From an uncultured delta proteobacterium (GTDB taxonomy: Bacteria > Desulfobacterota > RBG-13-43-22), in the NCBI GenBank assembly GCA_963802945.1, contig CAWDKY010000017.1, positions 447,896-511,895 on the forward strand: 64,000 nucleotides of DNA. Reading direction: 5' to 3'. Below are positions 10,015 through 20,306 of the stretch, piece by piece (the first letter of the stretch is position 1; each line of letters starts with the position of its first letter). Made by a program: the position numbers and the translations under genes. The notes beneath the pieces are model-generated. The model ran no database searches and had not been told where the DNA came from. It worked only from the letters and a program-made list of their open reading frames with translations.

Positions 10015-10821
10015 CTAATGGATTCCTACCAAACCTTCTTTTTCCAAAATTTTCTGACCTTCTTTACTTAAAATAAAATCGATAAACCTTCGGGCCAGGT
10101 CTGTGGGTTGACTGGGGAGGACGAAGATAAAAGGTCTGGTTAAGGTATATTGATTGTTTTTGATGGTTTTCAAATTGGGTGATATCGAGTTAACGGCCAG
10201 GGCCTTGACCTGATGGTTGATAATACCAAAAGAGATATAGCCGATGGCCTGAGGGTTATTGGCAATGATTTCCCGGACTGCACCATTGGAGTCCTGGACC
10301 AAAGCCTCGTCGGAAACCTCTTCTTTTTGCATAACCAGGCTTTCAAAGGCATCACGGGTTCCTGAACCCTCTTCGCGGTTAACAAAAAAAATCGGTTTAT
10401 CCACCCAGCCTAAGCGGGCCCAAGAACGGATTTTCCCGGAAAAGATTCCCCGAAGTTGTTCAATCGAAATATCATTAACCGGGTTTTGGGGGTGAACAAT
10501 GACAGCGATCCCGTCTTTGGCTACGATTATTTTGGTTAAGTCTCCTTCGTCGTGATGGAGTTCTCTGGAAGAGGTCCCGATTTGAGCCGCCCTTTCCCGG
10601 CAGGCCTTGATCCCGGCGGTCGATCCCCCTCCTTGAACATTAATGATGAGCTTGGGATTGAAAGCCATATAGATTTCCGCCAGTTTTTCGGCAAAGGGCT
10701 GTACGGAGGTGGAGCCGGCAATGGTTAACGAGTGAGACAGGGTATCCGTTTTTGAAGAACAGCCCAGGGCAATTAAAAAGACCACTAGGCTAAACCCAAT
10801 AAAGGCCTGTTTGCATCGCAT
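10015..10821 (-). CDS. pstS: Phosphate-binding lipoprotein PstS
   Basis: Lipobox ALGC, AGSTSVQP, GGGSTAG, REEGSGTR. Confidence 0.95.
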   Translation of the reverse strand: MRCKQAFIGFSLVVFLIALGCSSKTDTLSHSLTIAGSTSVQPFAEKLAEIYMAFNPKLIINVQGGGSTAGIKACRERAAQIGTSSRELHHDEGDLTKIIVAKDGIAVIVHPQNPVNDISIEQLRGIFSGKIRSWARLGWVDKPIFFVNREEGSGTRDAFESLVMQKEEVSDEALVQDSNGAVREIIANNPQAIGYISFGIINHQVKALAVNSISPNLKTIKNNQYTLTRPFIFVLPSQPTDLARRFIDFILSKEGQKILEKEGLVGIH

Positions 10822-10876
10822 TCGGAAAAGTCTTTTTATAAGAAACCCCAGTCTGGGTTAACTAGTTTAAGGATTC

Positions 10877-10953
10877 TGGCGCGCCCGGCCCGACTCGAAC
10901 GGGCGGCCTGCGGATTCGAAGTCCGACGCTCTATCCGACTGAGCTACGGGCGC
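10877..10953 (-). tRNA. tRNA-Arg (anticodon TCG)
   Basis: Reverse complement GCGCCCGTAGCTCAGTCGGATAGAGCGTCGGACT-TCG-AATCCGCAGGCCGCCCGTTCGAGTCGGGCCGGGCGCGCCA folds as a cloverleaf with encoded CCA. Confidence 0.95.
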
Positions 10954-11118
10954 ACGCAAGGTCACCATACTAAAAAATGGTTTCAAATTCAAGAAAATCA
11001 ATGGCGTAGATAAAAATAAAGAAAGCCAGTTTAAATAGACAGTTATTCTTCTTGAAACGAGTTATAAGGTATGTTAATTAAAATCATTAAAAGAAGTTTT
11101 ACTCAGGAGGCCTTTTCC

Positions 11119-11415
11119 ATGTTTGTATTTGGAAATCTATTAATAGCGGTAGCAAAAATTCTGGATATTCTTTTTACCTTCTATACCTGGATTATCATTG
11201 CCCAGGCTATTATCTCTTGGGTCCGTCCCGATCCCTACAATCCCATCGTCCGCTTCCTTTATGCAGTTACCGAACCGGTTTTAAGGCCAATCCGTCGTTA
11301 TCTTCCGGTCAACTGGGGAGGATTCGATTTTTCACCCCTTGTCGTTCTTCTGGCCGTCATCTTTTTGCAGGAATTTCTGATTAAAAGTCTGATTCAATTG
11401 GGCCTGCGGATGTGA
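11119..11415 (+). CDS. yggT: YggT family membrane protein
   Basis: SWVRPDPYNPIVRFLYAVTEPVLRPIRR, DFSP. Start chosen after RBS CAGGAGG. Confidence 0.9.
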   Translation: MFVFGNLLIAVAKILDILFTFYTWIIIAQAIISWVRPDPYNPIVRFLYAVTEPVLRPIRRYLPVNWGGFDFSPLVVLLAVIFLQEFLIKSLIQLGLRM

Positions 11416-11774
11416 GCCATCTTCCTAAAAAAAAAGCCAATTCAGCTTGTTTTCTTCCATCGCTTCCCGTTTACATAAAACCGACCACGGAAGGCCCAAT
11501 ACTGACCCTTTGGATCCAGCCTGGGGCCAAAAGGACAGGGTGGTCCGGTTTCCATGACCAACTCCCGAAACTCATGATCCAAGCACCACCGGTGGAGGGG
11601 GTCGCCAATCAAAGCTGTATCATCTTTTTGGCCCGATGGGTTGGGATTAAAAAATCTGAGGTTGTACTGCTCAAGGGAGAGAAATCGCGGTCAAAGGTAT
11701 TTCTGCTGAAAGGCCTGACGGTTAGAAAATGTATCTCCATTATTCCAGGCCAAAATCAAGATCTGCCGAGTTGA
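11412..11774 (+). CDS. yggU: DUF167 / YggU family protein
   Basis: IQPGAKR, APPVEGVAN, GEKSRSK, adjacent to yggT. Confidence 0.85.
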   Translation: MSHLPKKKANSACFLPSLPVYIKPTTEGPILTLWIQPGAKRTGWSGFHDQLPKLMIQAPPVEGVANQSCIIFLARWVGIKKSEVVLLKGEKSRSKVFLLKGLTVRKCISIIPGQNQDLPS

Positions 11775-11943
11775 AAGAAGGATAATAATCCTCGGTCATC
11801 TCCATGTCGAACCATTGTTTTTTGGCCAGGGCACATCGGATATTTAAAGCACAATATTTCAGGCAGATCGGGTCGATCCGATTAAATTGGCTAAAACAAT
11901 CAAAACGGCCGTTCAATTGCTGTGCAGTAAAGAGTTTTTTCAT
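11740..11943 (-). CDS. Small 4-Cys hypothetical protein
   Basis: RBS GGGAGG. CF.QF...DPICLKYCALNIRCA pattern with an acidic tail. Confidence 0.65.
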   Translation of the reverse strand: MKKLFTAQQLNGRFDCFSQFNRIDPICLKYCALNIRCALAKKQWFDMEMTEDYYPSFNSADLDFGLE

Positions 11944-12227
11944 ATAAGCCTCCCATAAATCTCGTGGCTTAGAGGGATGTTATAATGACCAACACCAGGG
12001 AATTCCTTAAAAAAACAGAGGGTTTGCAACGAAGTCTTTCAAGGAAAAACATTGTGTGATGGTTATATTAGCTTAGGCCGAATCATTTGTCCAGATAAAA
12101 GAAGGTCACTCCTTTTTTATCTCTTGGGAAACTATAAAATGGGAATGATGGGATTTGAGTAAATGTAGTATTATTACTTGGATAGACTCGTTAATGATGG
12201 GGTTTGCCTACCGAAAAATCTTCCCGA

Positions 12228-13016
12228 TCAGCCTAAGATCTCCAACATTTCCTGATGGATAAGTCCATTGGTGGCCAGTATTTGCTTTTTATGGATATGA
12301 AAAGGACGACCGGAAAAATCCGAGACCCGGCCGCCGGCTTCGGCCACAATAAGCACCCCGGCTGCCGTATCCCAGGGTTTTAGGAATTGTTCCCAGCATC
12401 CGCTGAATACCCCTCGAGCTACTAAGCATAGGTCCATAGCGGCTGAACCGGCGCGGCGTACTCCTTGTGCCCGGATAATGACCTGTTCAAAACGTTTCAG
12501 GATTGGCTGGTATGTTTTTCGGATATTATAGGGAAATCCGGTTGCCAGAAGACTTTGGGAGACCTTGGTCAATGACGAAACCTGTATTGGACGGCTGTTG
12601 AAAAAAGCCCCTTTCCCTTTTAAGGCCCAGTAGGTTTCCTCGAGTTCAGGGTTGTGGACAATCCCCAGGAGGGGGACATCCTCACAGATCAAGGCCAGAG
12701 AAACACAAAAAAAAGGAAAACCGTGGACGAAATTCGTGGTTCCGTCCAGGGGATCCAGGACCCAGCAATAAGGAGAAACACGGCGCTCAATCCCCGATTC
12801 CTCAACGAGGAAATCGACATCCGGGGAAAAGGGTTGGAGTCTGGCAATCACCGATTCCTGGGATTTGAAATCCCATTCGGTGACCAGATCAATAGCCCCT
12901 TTTTTTTGATAGATTTTTGTTTTTCGAAAACCTTCTTTTAATATCCGGCCTGCCTCCAATACCGCTTCCATGGCCCTTTGAAAAGCATGATCGAGATTGA
13001 AATCCTTTTGGCCCAA
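12228..13016 (-). CDS. suhB: Inositol monophosphatase SuhB
   Basis: DLVTEWD, WVLDPLDGTTNFVHG, RRAGSAAMDL, LKPWDTAAG. Confidence 0.93.
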   Translation of the reverse strand: MGQKDFNLDHAFQRAMEAVLEAGRILKEGFRKTKIYQKKGAIDLVTEWDFKSQESVIARLQPFSPDVDFLVEESGIERRVSPYCWVLDPLDGTTNFVHGFPFFCVSLALICEDVPLLGIVHNPELEETYWALKGKGAFFNSRPIQVSSLTKVSQSLLATGFPYNIRKTYQPILKRFEQVIIRAQGVRRAGSAAMDLCLVARGVFSGCWEQFLKPWDTAAGVLIVAEAGGRVSDFSGRPFHIHKKQILATNGLIHQEMLEILG

Positions 13017-13044
13017 ATTAAACGTCCTTGAATTGTTATTTAAG

Positions 13045-14067
13045 TCAGTTGATAAATACTTTGGTGTAGTAGCCTGTATTCATCATGGCTTTGCCTGCCC
13101 CCATGACCACCGAGGTCAAAGGGCCTTCGGCTATTTGGACCTTAAGCCCGGTTTCCCTTTCCAAGAGTTTATCCAGCCCCTTAAGTAGAGCCCCACCCCC
13201 GGCCAGGGTCATCCCATCCTGGCTGATATCTCCAGATAATTCAGGTGGGGTTTTTTCAAGAGCCCGTTTGACGGCGTCAACAATGGCCCAAATGGGTTCG
13301 GCCATCCCTTCCCTAAGGTCTTTGTCGGTCAGTTGAATAGTTCGAGGGATCCCGGAATAAACCTCTTTTCCTGATACCTGAAAAGAGATGGGTTTTCCCT
13401 GAGGAAAAGCCGAACCGTAATCAAACTTAATCTGTTCGGCAGTGTTCTCTCCTACTTGCAGATTGAATTGCTTTTCCAGGAAATATATAATGGATTCATT
13501 AAGTTCATCTCCGGCCACCCGTATCGACTCACAATAAGCGGTGGAAAACCGAAAAATGATGGCCACTTCCGTAGTCCCCCCTCCGATATCCACAATCATA
13601 TTGGCACGGGAAGATTCAACCGGTAAACCGGCTCCAATGGCCGCGGCCATGGGCTCCTCAATAAGATAGATATCCCTGGCCCCGGCTTCCAGGGCTGATT
13701 CGACCACAGCCCTCTTTTCTACCATGGTGATTCCAGATGGGACACCGATGACTAAATTTGGCCGAAAAAATCTGGATTTTTCTCTAACCTTAAGGAGAAA
13801 ATATTTAATCATTTCCCGGGTAATATCGAAATCGGCGATAACCCCGTCCTTCATAGGACGAATCGCCGAAATACGCGGAGGCGTCCGGCCCAAATAGTCC
13901 TTGGCCTCTTTGCCGACGGCCAGAACCTGTCCGGTTTCATTATTGATGGCCACAACCGAAGGTTCATTAAGAACCACTCCCTGGTTTTTTTTAAAGATCA
14001 AAGTATTGGCCGTACCCAAATCCATGGCCATATCTTCACAAAAGAGGCCGAAGAATTTTCTGATCAT
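13045..14067 (-). CDS. mreB: Rod shape-determining actin homolog MreB (no adjacent mreC/mreD)
   Basis: DLGTANT, EPSVVA, RPMKDGVIADF, EEPMAAAIGAG, DIGGGTTEVA, GGGALL. Confidence 0.95.
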   Translation of the reverse strand: MIRKFFGLFCEDMAMDLGTANTLIFKKNQGVVLNEPSVVAINNETGQVLAVGKEAKDYLGRTPPRISAIRPMKDGVIADFDITREMIKYFLLKVREKSRFFRPNLVIGVPSGITMVEKRAVVESALEAGARDIYLIEEPMAAAIGAGLPVESSRANMIVDIGGGTTEVAIIFRFSTAYCESIRVAGDELNESIIYFLEKQFNLQVGENTAEQIKFDYGSAFPQGKPISFQVSGKEVYSGIPRTIQLTDKDLREGMAEPIWAIVDAVKRALEKTPPELSGDISQDGMTLAGGGALLKGLDKLLERETGLKVQIAEGPLTSVVMGAGKAMMNTGYYTKVFIN

Positions 14068-14076
14068 TGTTTTAAC

Positions 14077-15057
14077 TCACAGGTTCATTAAATAAAGTAT
14101 TGAAGTGATAATAGTCTGGCCGGCTGAGATCAAGGCTTGGATTTCATTCTCTCCCCAATCATTCTCCCGGTAGCCGATCAAATTCATTACCCCATATAAC
14201 CTGCCGAAAAAACATAGGGGCAGTCCGATGAACGATTGGAAGTGCATACAAGGGTCATCAGGGAAAAAAACATAGGATTTGTGATTCCTCGGTTTCATTG
14301 AACGACGTACCAGAGGTTTTTCTTCTCGGATGACCCAGCCGGTTAACCCCATCTCAATGGGCAGGAAGGTTTTTTTTAAGGGACCCTTCAAAGTCCCATC
14401 CGATGCAACCACCTTGTATCGATCCCTTTTCTTGGGAACTAGGGCCAAAAAGGCTGTATCCGTTCTGGAAAATAACCGGCAGAGGCTAAGCGCTTTTTGA
14501 TAATAATCGTTTAAATCCTGTTCTTCCTTGGAAAGAGAGTCTATTTGATTATAAAATTCCAAAATGAAACGTTGTTGTTTTTCTTGCGTGCTCATATTCT
14601 GAGCCTGAAGGATATGAAGGACCAATAAGGCAAAATCTTGGAGTATCTTCTGGTCTTTTTCAGTAAAAACATAGTTTCTTTTACTGTCAATACATAGGAC
14701 TCCAGCCTCACCCACGGGAACCGCCAAGAATGATTTTATTTTTTCATCCCGCAGGTACAATTTGAGATTCCTGGTGTCCCGATCAAATCTGGCGATATTG
14801 ACTGGGGTTTGGTTTTTGGCCACCCAGCCTATTAGACTGTCCCCGACCTGAAGGTGAGTATCGGGATCAATGTGGAGACTCAGACTGTGATAAGCTCTAA
14901 GATTCAGTATGTTTTTAGCAGGATTGAACAGGAACAGGGCCGTGGTAAAAGACTCGGTTACATTACTGATGAGTTGAATTAATTCCTTCAATCCATAATC
15001 GGGTGGGGTATCTATTTGAACGAGCGAGGGCATTTTAAAAAATGCATTATCATCCAT
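14077..15057 (-). CDS. Tandem GAF-domain protein
   Basis: Two repeats of GLxGWV...SF(L/I)xVP...GVL, no output domain. Confidence 0.8.
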   Translation of the reverse strand: MDDNAFFKMPSLVQIDTPPDYGLKELIQLISNVTESFTTALFLFNPAKNILNLRAYHSLSLHIDPDTHLQVGDSLIGWVAKNQTPVNIARFDRDTRNLKLYLRDEKIKSFLAVPVGEAGVLCIDSKRNYVFTEKDQKILQDFALLVLHILQAQNMSTQEKQQRFILEFYNQIDSLSKEEQDLNDYYQKALSLCRLFSRTDTAFLALVPKKRDRYKVVASDGTLKGPLKKTFLPIEMGLTGWVIREEKPLVRRSMKPRNHKSYVFFPDDPCMHFQSFIGLPLCFFGRLYGVMNLIGYRENDWGENEIQALISAGQTIITSILYLMNL

Positions 15058-15163
15058 TGCATAATATGTTATAAAAAAAGATAATTGGGGGTAAGCCGTG
15101 TAATCCGGCTTTTAAAAACTTCTATCGCATTTGCCAGAAGTTGTCAATTTTTTTTGGAAAGAT

Positions 15164-16270
15164 ATGATGAAATCGAGTTGTGACCTTAAGCCGACATCAA
15201 GCATCTTGAGGCGAAAAACGATTTCTGTTTCCGTCGGAGGCATTCGGATCGGGAGCCGGCATCCCATAGTGGTTCAATCCATGACCAGCACGGATACCCG
15301 AAATGCCCATCAGACGTTAAAGCAAATTAAAGAACTGGCCAGAGCAGGCTGTGAACTGATCCGTGTAGCCATTCCTGACCAGGAGGCTGTTTCGTCCCTA
15401 AAGGAAATCGTTCAAAAATCACCTTTGCCAGTCATTGCTGACATCCATTTTGATTTCCGTTTGGCTCTGGAAGGAATGAAGGCCGGTGCTGCTGGCATCC
15501 GGATCAATCCAGGGAATATCGGGGGTCAGGAAAAGATCGCCCGAATTATCGAGAAGGCAGATGAAAGAGGGGTTTGTATCCGTATCGGGGTCAATGCCGG
15601 CTCTCTAGAGAAAGAGGTAAAATCCAAGAGTCAAAAAGAGGGACAAGCTGAGGCTATGGTAGCCTCTGCCTTAAGGCATATCGCCCTTTTTGAAAAGATG
15701 AAGTTCAAGAATCTTAAGATTTCCATGAAGTCATCCGATGTACTGCAAACCGTTCGAGCCTATCAATTGTTGGCTAAAGAGGTTGATTATCCTTTCCATC
15801 TGGGGATTACCGAGGCCGGAACCATGCTTTCCGGAACGGTTAAATCAGCCCTGGGGATAGGCCTTCTTCTCTATCAGGGAATCGGCGACACCCTGCGGGT
15901 TTCCCTGACGGCCCATCCCCGCGAAGAAATCAAGGTGGCTTATCAAATACTCGGGGCCTTGGGATTGAGGAAGAGAGGGATTGAGATCATTTCCTGCCCT
16001 ACCTGCGGACGATGTCAAATCGATCTCTTGCCTCTGGTTCAAAAAGTAGAAAAGGCGGTCCAAAAATACACCCGGCCATTAAAGGTGGCCATCATGGGCT
16101 GCGTGGTCAACGGCCCCGGTGAAGCCAGGGAAGCCGATATCGGCATTGCCGGGGGAAAAGGTTTGGGCCTTCTATTTTCCAAGGGAAAGCTGCTCCGCAA
16201 GGTTCCTGAAAAGGACTTGGTGGAAACCCTGTTGGAGGAAATTAAAAATAGGATTCAGGAGAAAAACTAA
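15164..16270 (+). CDS. ispG: HMBPP synthase IspG
   Basis: VQSMT, IADIHF, RINPGNIG, HLGITEAG, GIGDTLRVSLT, SCPTCGR, MGCVVNGPGEA. Start is approximate. Confidence 0.97.
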   Translation: MMKSSCDLKPTSSILRRKTISVSVGGIRIGSRHPIVVQSMTSTDTRNAHQTLKQIKELARAGCELIRVAIPDQEAVSSLKEIVQKSPLPVIADIHFDFRLALEGMKAGAAGIRINPGNIGGQEKIARIIEKADERGVCIRIGVNAGSLEKEVKSKSQKEGQAEAMVASALRHIALFEKMKFKNLKISMKSSDVLQTVRAYQLLAKEVDYPFHLGITEAGTMLSGTVKSALGIGLLLYQGIGDTLRVSLTAHPREEIKVAYQILGALGLRKRGIEIISCPTCGRCQIDLLPLVQKVEKAVQKYTRPLKVAIMGCVVNGPGEAREADIGIAGGKGLGLLFSKGKLLRKVPEKDLVETLLEEIKNRIQEKN

Positions 16271-16272
16271 AC

Positions 16273-17991
16273 ATGTTTTATTCCCAATTGTATGTCCCCA
16301 CTTTAAGGGAAAAACCGACCGAAGCAGAAATCATCAGTCACCAGTTGATGCTTCGGGCTGGATTTATTCGAAAACTAACTTCCGGGATTTATAGTTTTCT
16401 GCCTTTGGGGGTGAGATCCCTTAGGAAGATGGAGGCCATTGTTCGAGAAGAGATGAACCGGGCCGGGGCCCAGGAGGTTTTGCTGCCCGCTCTTCAGCCA
16501 GCCGAGATCTGGCAGGAAAGCGGCCGCTGGGATAAATACGGCCATGAGTTGTTTCGATTTCAGGACCGGCATAATCATGATTACTGTCTGGGACCTACTC
16601 ATGAGGAGGTGATTACCGATCTCGTTCGTCATGAAGTCCGCTCCTATAGACAACTGCCGGTTAATCTCTATCAGATCCAGACTAAATTTCGTGATGAGAT
16701 ACGCCCCCGCTTTGGTTTGATGCGGGGCCGGGAATTCGGGATGAAGGACGGTTACAGTTTCGACCGGGATGAGGAAGGGGCCGGAAAGACCTATCAGAAA
16801 ATGTTTGAGGCCTACCAACGGATATTTACCCGCTGCGGCCTTCAGTTTAAGGCCGTGGAAGCCGACAGCGGGGCCATCGGCGGCAGTTATTCCCATGAGT
16901 TTATGGTTCTGGCCGAAAGCGGCGAAGATGCCATCCTGGCCTGTACGGCCTGTAGTTATGCGGCCAATGCGGAACGGGCCGAATCTATAGACCGGTTTCA
17001 AGCCGATTCTGCCGAAGGTCATAAAGCCCGAGAAAAAAAATCCACTCCGGGCCAAAGGGCCGTGGAAGAAGTGACCCGCTTTCTGTCCATCCCTCCCCAG
17101 CGTCTGGTCAAAACCCTGATCTATCAGACCGAACAAGGGCCGGTGGCCGTTTTAGTCCGGGGGGACCAGGAGGTCAATGAAACCAAGTTGTCCAAGGCTT
17201 TGGATTGTAAGGAACTGACCCTGGCCGACGGATTACAGGTCCAGGAACTGACCGGTGCGCCGGTGGGTTTTGCCGGCGCTGTCGGCCTTTCCATTCCGCT
17301 CTGGGCGGATAACACTATTCGAGGTCTTAAAAATTTTGTCATGGGAGGTAACGAGGCGGATGTCCATTGGATAAACTTGAACTGGGAGAGGGATGTGCCT
17401 CTTCCCCTCTGGGCGGATTTGAGACAAGTGTTGCCCGGTGAGCCCTGTCCAAGATGTCAATCTTCCCTGAACAGTTATCGGGGGATCGAAGTGGGGCACG
17501 TTTTTAAGTTGGGAGACAAGTATTCCCGTTCCATGAAAGCCGTTTTCCTGGATGAACAGGGCCGGGAGCAATTTATGATTATGGGTTGTTTCGGCATCGG
17601 GGTGGGCCGGACCATGGCAGCAGCCATAGAGCAGAACCACGATAAGGATGGTATCATCTGGCCCATGGCCCTGGCTCCTTTTCAGATCATACTATCTCCG
17701 GTTGAATGGAGTCCGGGATCTGAAACTCATCAATTGGCCCTGGTCATTTATGAAGAACTGAAGCGGTTGGGGATCGAGGTCCTGTTGGATGATCGTCCGG
17801 AAAGACCGGGGATTAAATTCAAAGATGCCGATTTGATCGGCATCCCCGTACGGGTGACGATTGGGCCTAAAGGCCTGGCCGAGGGAATAGTTGAGGTCCG
17901 TGAAAGACGTACCGGCCAAGTGCAAAAAGTACCGAAGGACCAGGTGGTCCAAATGATCCGGAAAATGGTCTCTCAGGCCTTAAAGGTCTAA
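16273..17991 (+). CDS. proS: Proline--tRNA ligase
   Basis: LGPTHEE, KFRDEIRPRFGLMRGREF, editing insert, GIEVGHVFKLG, KFKDADLIGIP. Confidence 0.98.
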   Translation: MFYSQLYVPTLREKPTEAEIISHQLMLRAGFIRKLTSGIYSFLPLGVRSLRKMEAIVREEMNRAGAQEVLLPALQPAEIWQESGRWDKYGHELFRFQDRHNHDYCLGPTHEEVITDLVRHEVRSYRQLPVNLYQIQTKFRDEIRPRFGLMRGREFGMKDGYSFDRDEEGAGKTYQKMFEAYQRIFTRCGLQFKAVEADSGAIGGSYSHEFMVLAESGEDAILACTACSYAANAERAESIDRFQADSAEGHKAREKKSTPGQRAVEEVTRFLSIPPQRLVKTLIYQTEQGPVAVLVRGDQEVNETKLSKALDCKELTLADGLQVQELTGAPVGFAGAVGLSIPLWADNTIRGLKNFVMGGNEADVHWINLNWERDVPLPLWADLRQVLPGEPCPRCQSSLNSYRGIEVGHVFKLGDKYSRSMKAVFLDEQGREQFMIMGCFGIGVGRTMAAAIEQNHDKDGIIWPMALAPFQIILSPVEWSPGSETHQLALVIYEELKRLGIEVLLDDRPERPGIKFKDADLIGIPVRVTIGPKGLAEGIVEVRERRTGQVQKVPKDQVVQMIRKMVSQALKV

Positions 17992-18075
17992 AGATGTCAG
18001 GAAACGTGAAAAGGATTCAAGTGAATGGCATGGAAGTAAAAAGCCTTGAACGTCTCGGCTGAGCTCGTCGCAGGC

Positions 18076-18102
18076 CCTCGAATCCTTGAATCCTCGAACC
18101 CT
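18076..18102 (+). repeat. Short tandem 8-mer repeat (CCTCGAAT/CCTTGAAT type)
   Basis: CCCTCGAATCCTTGAATCCTCGAACCCT. Near-identical arrays at ~56455-56489 and ~60095-60129. Confidence 0.7.
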
Positions 18103-18119
18103 ATTTTTTTGCGAAACCT

Positions 18120-20276
18120 ATGATTCGTATCAATACTATCATCGACCAGCTCTTATCTTACTGGCCACAGGCCGATATTGATTTGATTCAAAAAGCCTAT
18201 GTCTTCTCAGCCAAAGTGCATGAGGGACAGGTACGGTTGTCAGGGGAAGCTTACCTCTCGCATCCCCTGGAAGTGGCCTGGTTATTGACCCAGATGAAGC
18301 TGGATCAAGTAACCATCGCCGCCGGATTGCTTCACGACACTATTGAGGATACTCTAGCTACAGCAGAAATCATCGAGGAAAAATTCGGGCCGGAGATCCT
18401 GCACATTGTCAACGGGGTGACCAAGATCAGTGCCATTCATTTCCAAAGCCAGGAAGAACACCAAGCCGAGAATATTCGGAAAATGATCCTGGCCATGTCG
18501 GACGATATACGAGTCATCCTGGTCAAATTAACCGATCGTTTGCACAATATGCGGACCTTGGGGTTTCAAACCCCGGAAAAGCAGAAGGCCATTGCCCAGG
18601 AGACTTTGGATATTTATGCTCCTATTTCGGCCCGGCTGGGCATGCATCGTATACAGACCGAATTGGAAGATCTCTGCCTCTATTATCTGGAACCAGCGGC
18701 CTATCAGACCATTAAGGACGGCGTGGCCAAAAAACGTGAGGAACGGGAGCGATATATCCGGGAGGTCAAGGAACTGCTTCAGGACAAGATGGGCTCGGCT
18801 CATCTCTCCTGCCGTTTGGAGGGACGTCCCAAGCATTTCTACAGTATTTATAAAAAGATGATCAACCAGAATCTGGATATCAGCCAGTTATATGATCTGA
18901 TCGCCTTCCGGGTTATCGTCAAAGAGGTAGCCGAATGTTATGAAGCCCTGGGGCTTATTCATTCTCTCTGGAAACCGATTCCCGGAAAGTTTAATGACCA
19001 CATCAGTCTGCCCAAGGCCAACCGTTATCAATCCCTTCACACTAAGGTCATCGGCCCTTTCGGGGAGCGGATCGAGATTCAGATTCGAACCGAAGAAATG
19101 CACCGGGTGGCCGAAGAAGGGATTGCTTCCCATTGGCAATACAAAGAAGGGCAGCCCCTCGATGAAACCGATGCCAAAAAATTCAATTGGGTCCGACAGC
19201 TTTTAGATTCTCAGAAGGTGCAAGATCCAAGGGAGTTTCTGGAATCGGTTCGTATCGATCTATTCCCCGACGAGGTCTATGTTTTTACACCGCAAGGCCA
19301 AGTTAAAATGCTGCCCAAAGGGTCCACTCCCATCGATTTTGCCTATGCCGTCCATACCGATGTGGGTCACCGTTGCTCCGGGGCCCGAGTGAACAAAAAG
19401 ATGGTTCCCTTGCGCACGACGCTTCAGCATGGAGACGTAGTGGAAATCATCACCTCGGCCGGTCATCTCCCAAGTAAGGATTGGCTCAAACTCGTCAAGA
19501 CTTCCAAAGCCAAAAACCGGATCAGACAATGGCTCAAAGTCGAAGAACGGAAGCGTTCTATTGATATCGGCAAGGATCTATTGGAGAAGGAACTCCGGAA
19601 GAACCAATTAAGCGTCAGCCAGCAAATGAAGAGCGATTCCTTGCTTCGCGTAGCCCAGAAACTGTCTTTTCAGAAGGTCGAAGACCTGCTGGCCGCTATC
19701 GGGTTCGGCGAGATTTCAATTCGCCAAGTCGTTCACCGAATGATGCCGAAAGAAGCCTTAGAGGAAAAGATCGAGGAGGAATCCCTGGCTTTCCCCTTGC
19801 GGAAACATCCTCTGAAAGAAAAAGGGGGGGTTTTGATTCGGGGAGTTCAGGATGTGATGACGCGTTTTGCCAAGTGTTGCACACCTCTTCCCGGAGATGA
19901 AGTGGTGGGGTTTATCACCCGAGGGAGAGGGATTACCGTCCATGCCAGGTTTTGTCCTCAGGTGGTTATGGCAGACCCTGAGAGACTGGTCGAGGTTCAA
20001 TGGGACACCTCTGAAAAAACCAAGGCCCTCTATCCGGTCAAGATCGAGGTTTGGTCCAACGATAAGGCGGGGATGCTGGCGGAAGTCAGTACGGCCATCA
20101 CTTCGGCCGAATCGAATATCTTAAGGGCCAATGCCATCACAACCACCGACAAAAAGGCTTTTTATCAGTTTATTATCGAAGTCAGCGATACCCTTCATTT
20201 GCAAACCGTGATGAACAACCTGAAAACAATTAAAGGAGTTATCAATGTCATCCGCTCTTTTGAAAAAAATATCTGA
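18120..20276 (+). CDS. spoT: Bifunctional (p)ppGpp synthetase/hydrolase RelA/SpoT
   Basis: HD domain (LLHDTIEDT), GRPKHFYSIYKK, YQSLHT, EIQIRT, TGS (TPIDFAYAVHT), CC and ACT domains. Confidence 0.96.
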   Translation: MIRINTIIDQLLSYWPQADIDLIQKAYVFSAKVHEGQVRLSGEAYLSHPLEVAWLLTQMKLDQVTIAAGLLHDTIEDTLATAEIIEEKFGPEILHIVNGVTKISAIHFQSQEEHQAENIRKMILAMSDDIRVILVKLTDRLHNMRTLGFQTPEKQKAIAQETLDIYAPISARLGMHRIQTELEDLCLYYLEPAAYQTIKDGVAKKREERERYIREVKELLQDKMGSAHLSCRLEGRPKHFYSIYKKMINQNLDISQLYDLIAFRVIVKEVAECYEALGLIHSLWKPIPGKFNDHISLPKANRYQSLHTKVIGPFGERIEIQIRTEEMHRVAEEGIASHWQYKEGQPLDETDAKKFNWVRQLLDSQKVQDPREFLESVRIDLFPDEVYVFTPQGQVKMLPKGSTPIDFAYAVHTDVGHRCSGARVNKKMVPLRTTLQHGDVVEIITSAGHLPSKDWLKLVKTSKAKNRIRQWLKVEERKRSIDIGKDLLEKELRKNQLSVSQQMKSDSLLRVAQKLSFQKVEDLLAAIGFGEISIRQVVHRMMPKEALEEKIEEESLAFPLRKHPLKEKGGVLIRGVQDVMTRFAKCCTPLPGDEVVGFITRGRGITVHARFCPQVVMADPERLVEVQWDTSEKTKALYPVKIEVWSNDKAGMLAEVSTAITSAESNILRANAITTTDKKAFYQFIIEVSDTLHLQTVMNNLKTIKGVINVIRSFEKNI

Positions 20277-20306
20277 GGAGTGATCCTTCTCCCGATCCCA
20301 AGCTAT

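Noticed and set aside
1-10953. Island integrated at tRNA-Arg(UCG)
   Set aside because: No duplicated tRNA 3' end or integrase is visible within the window.
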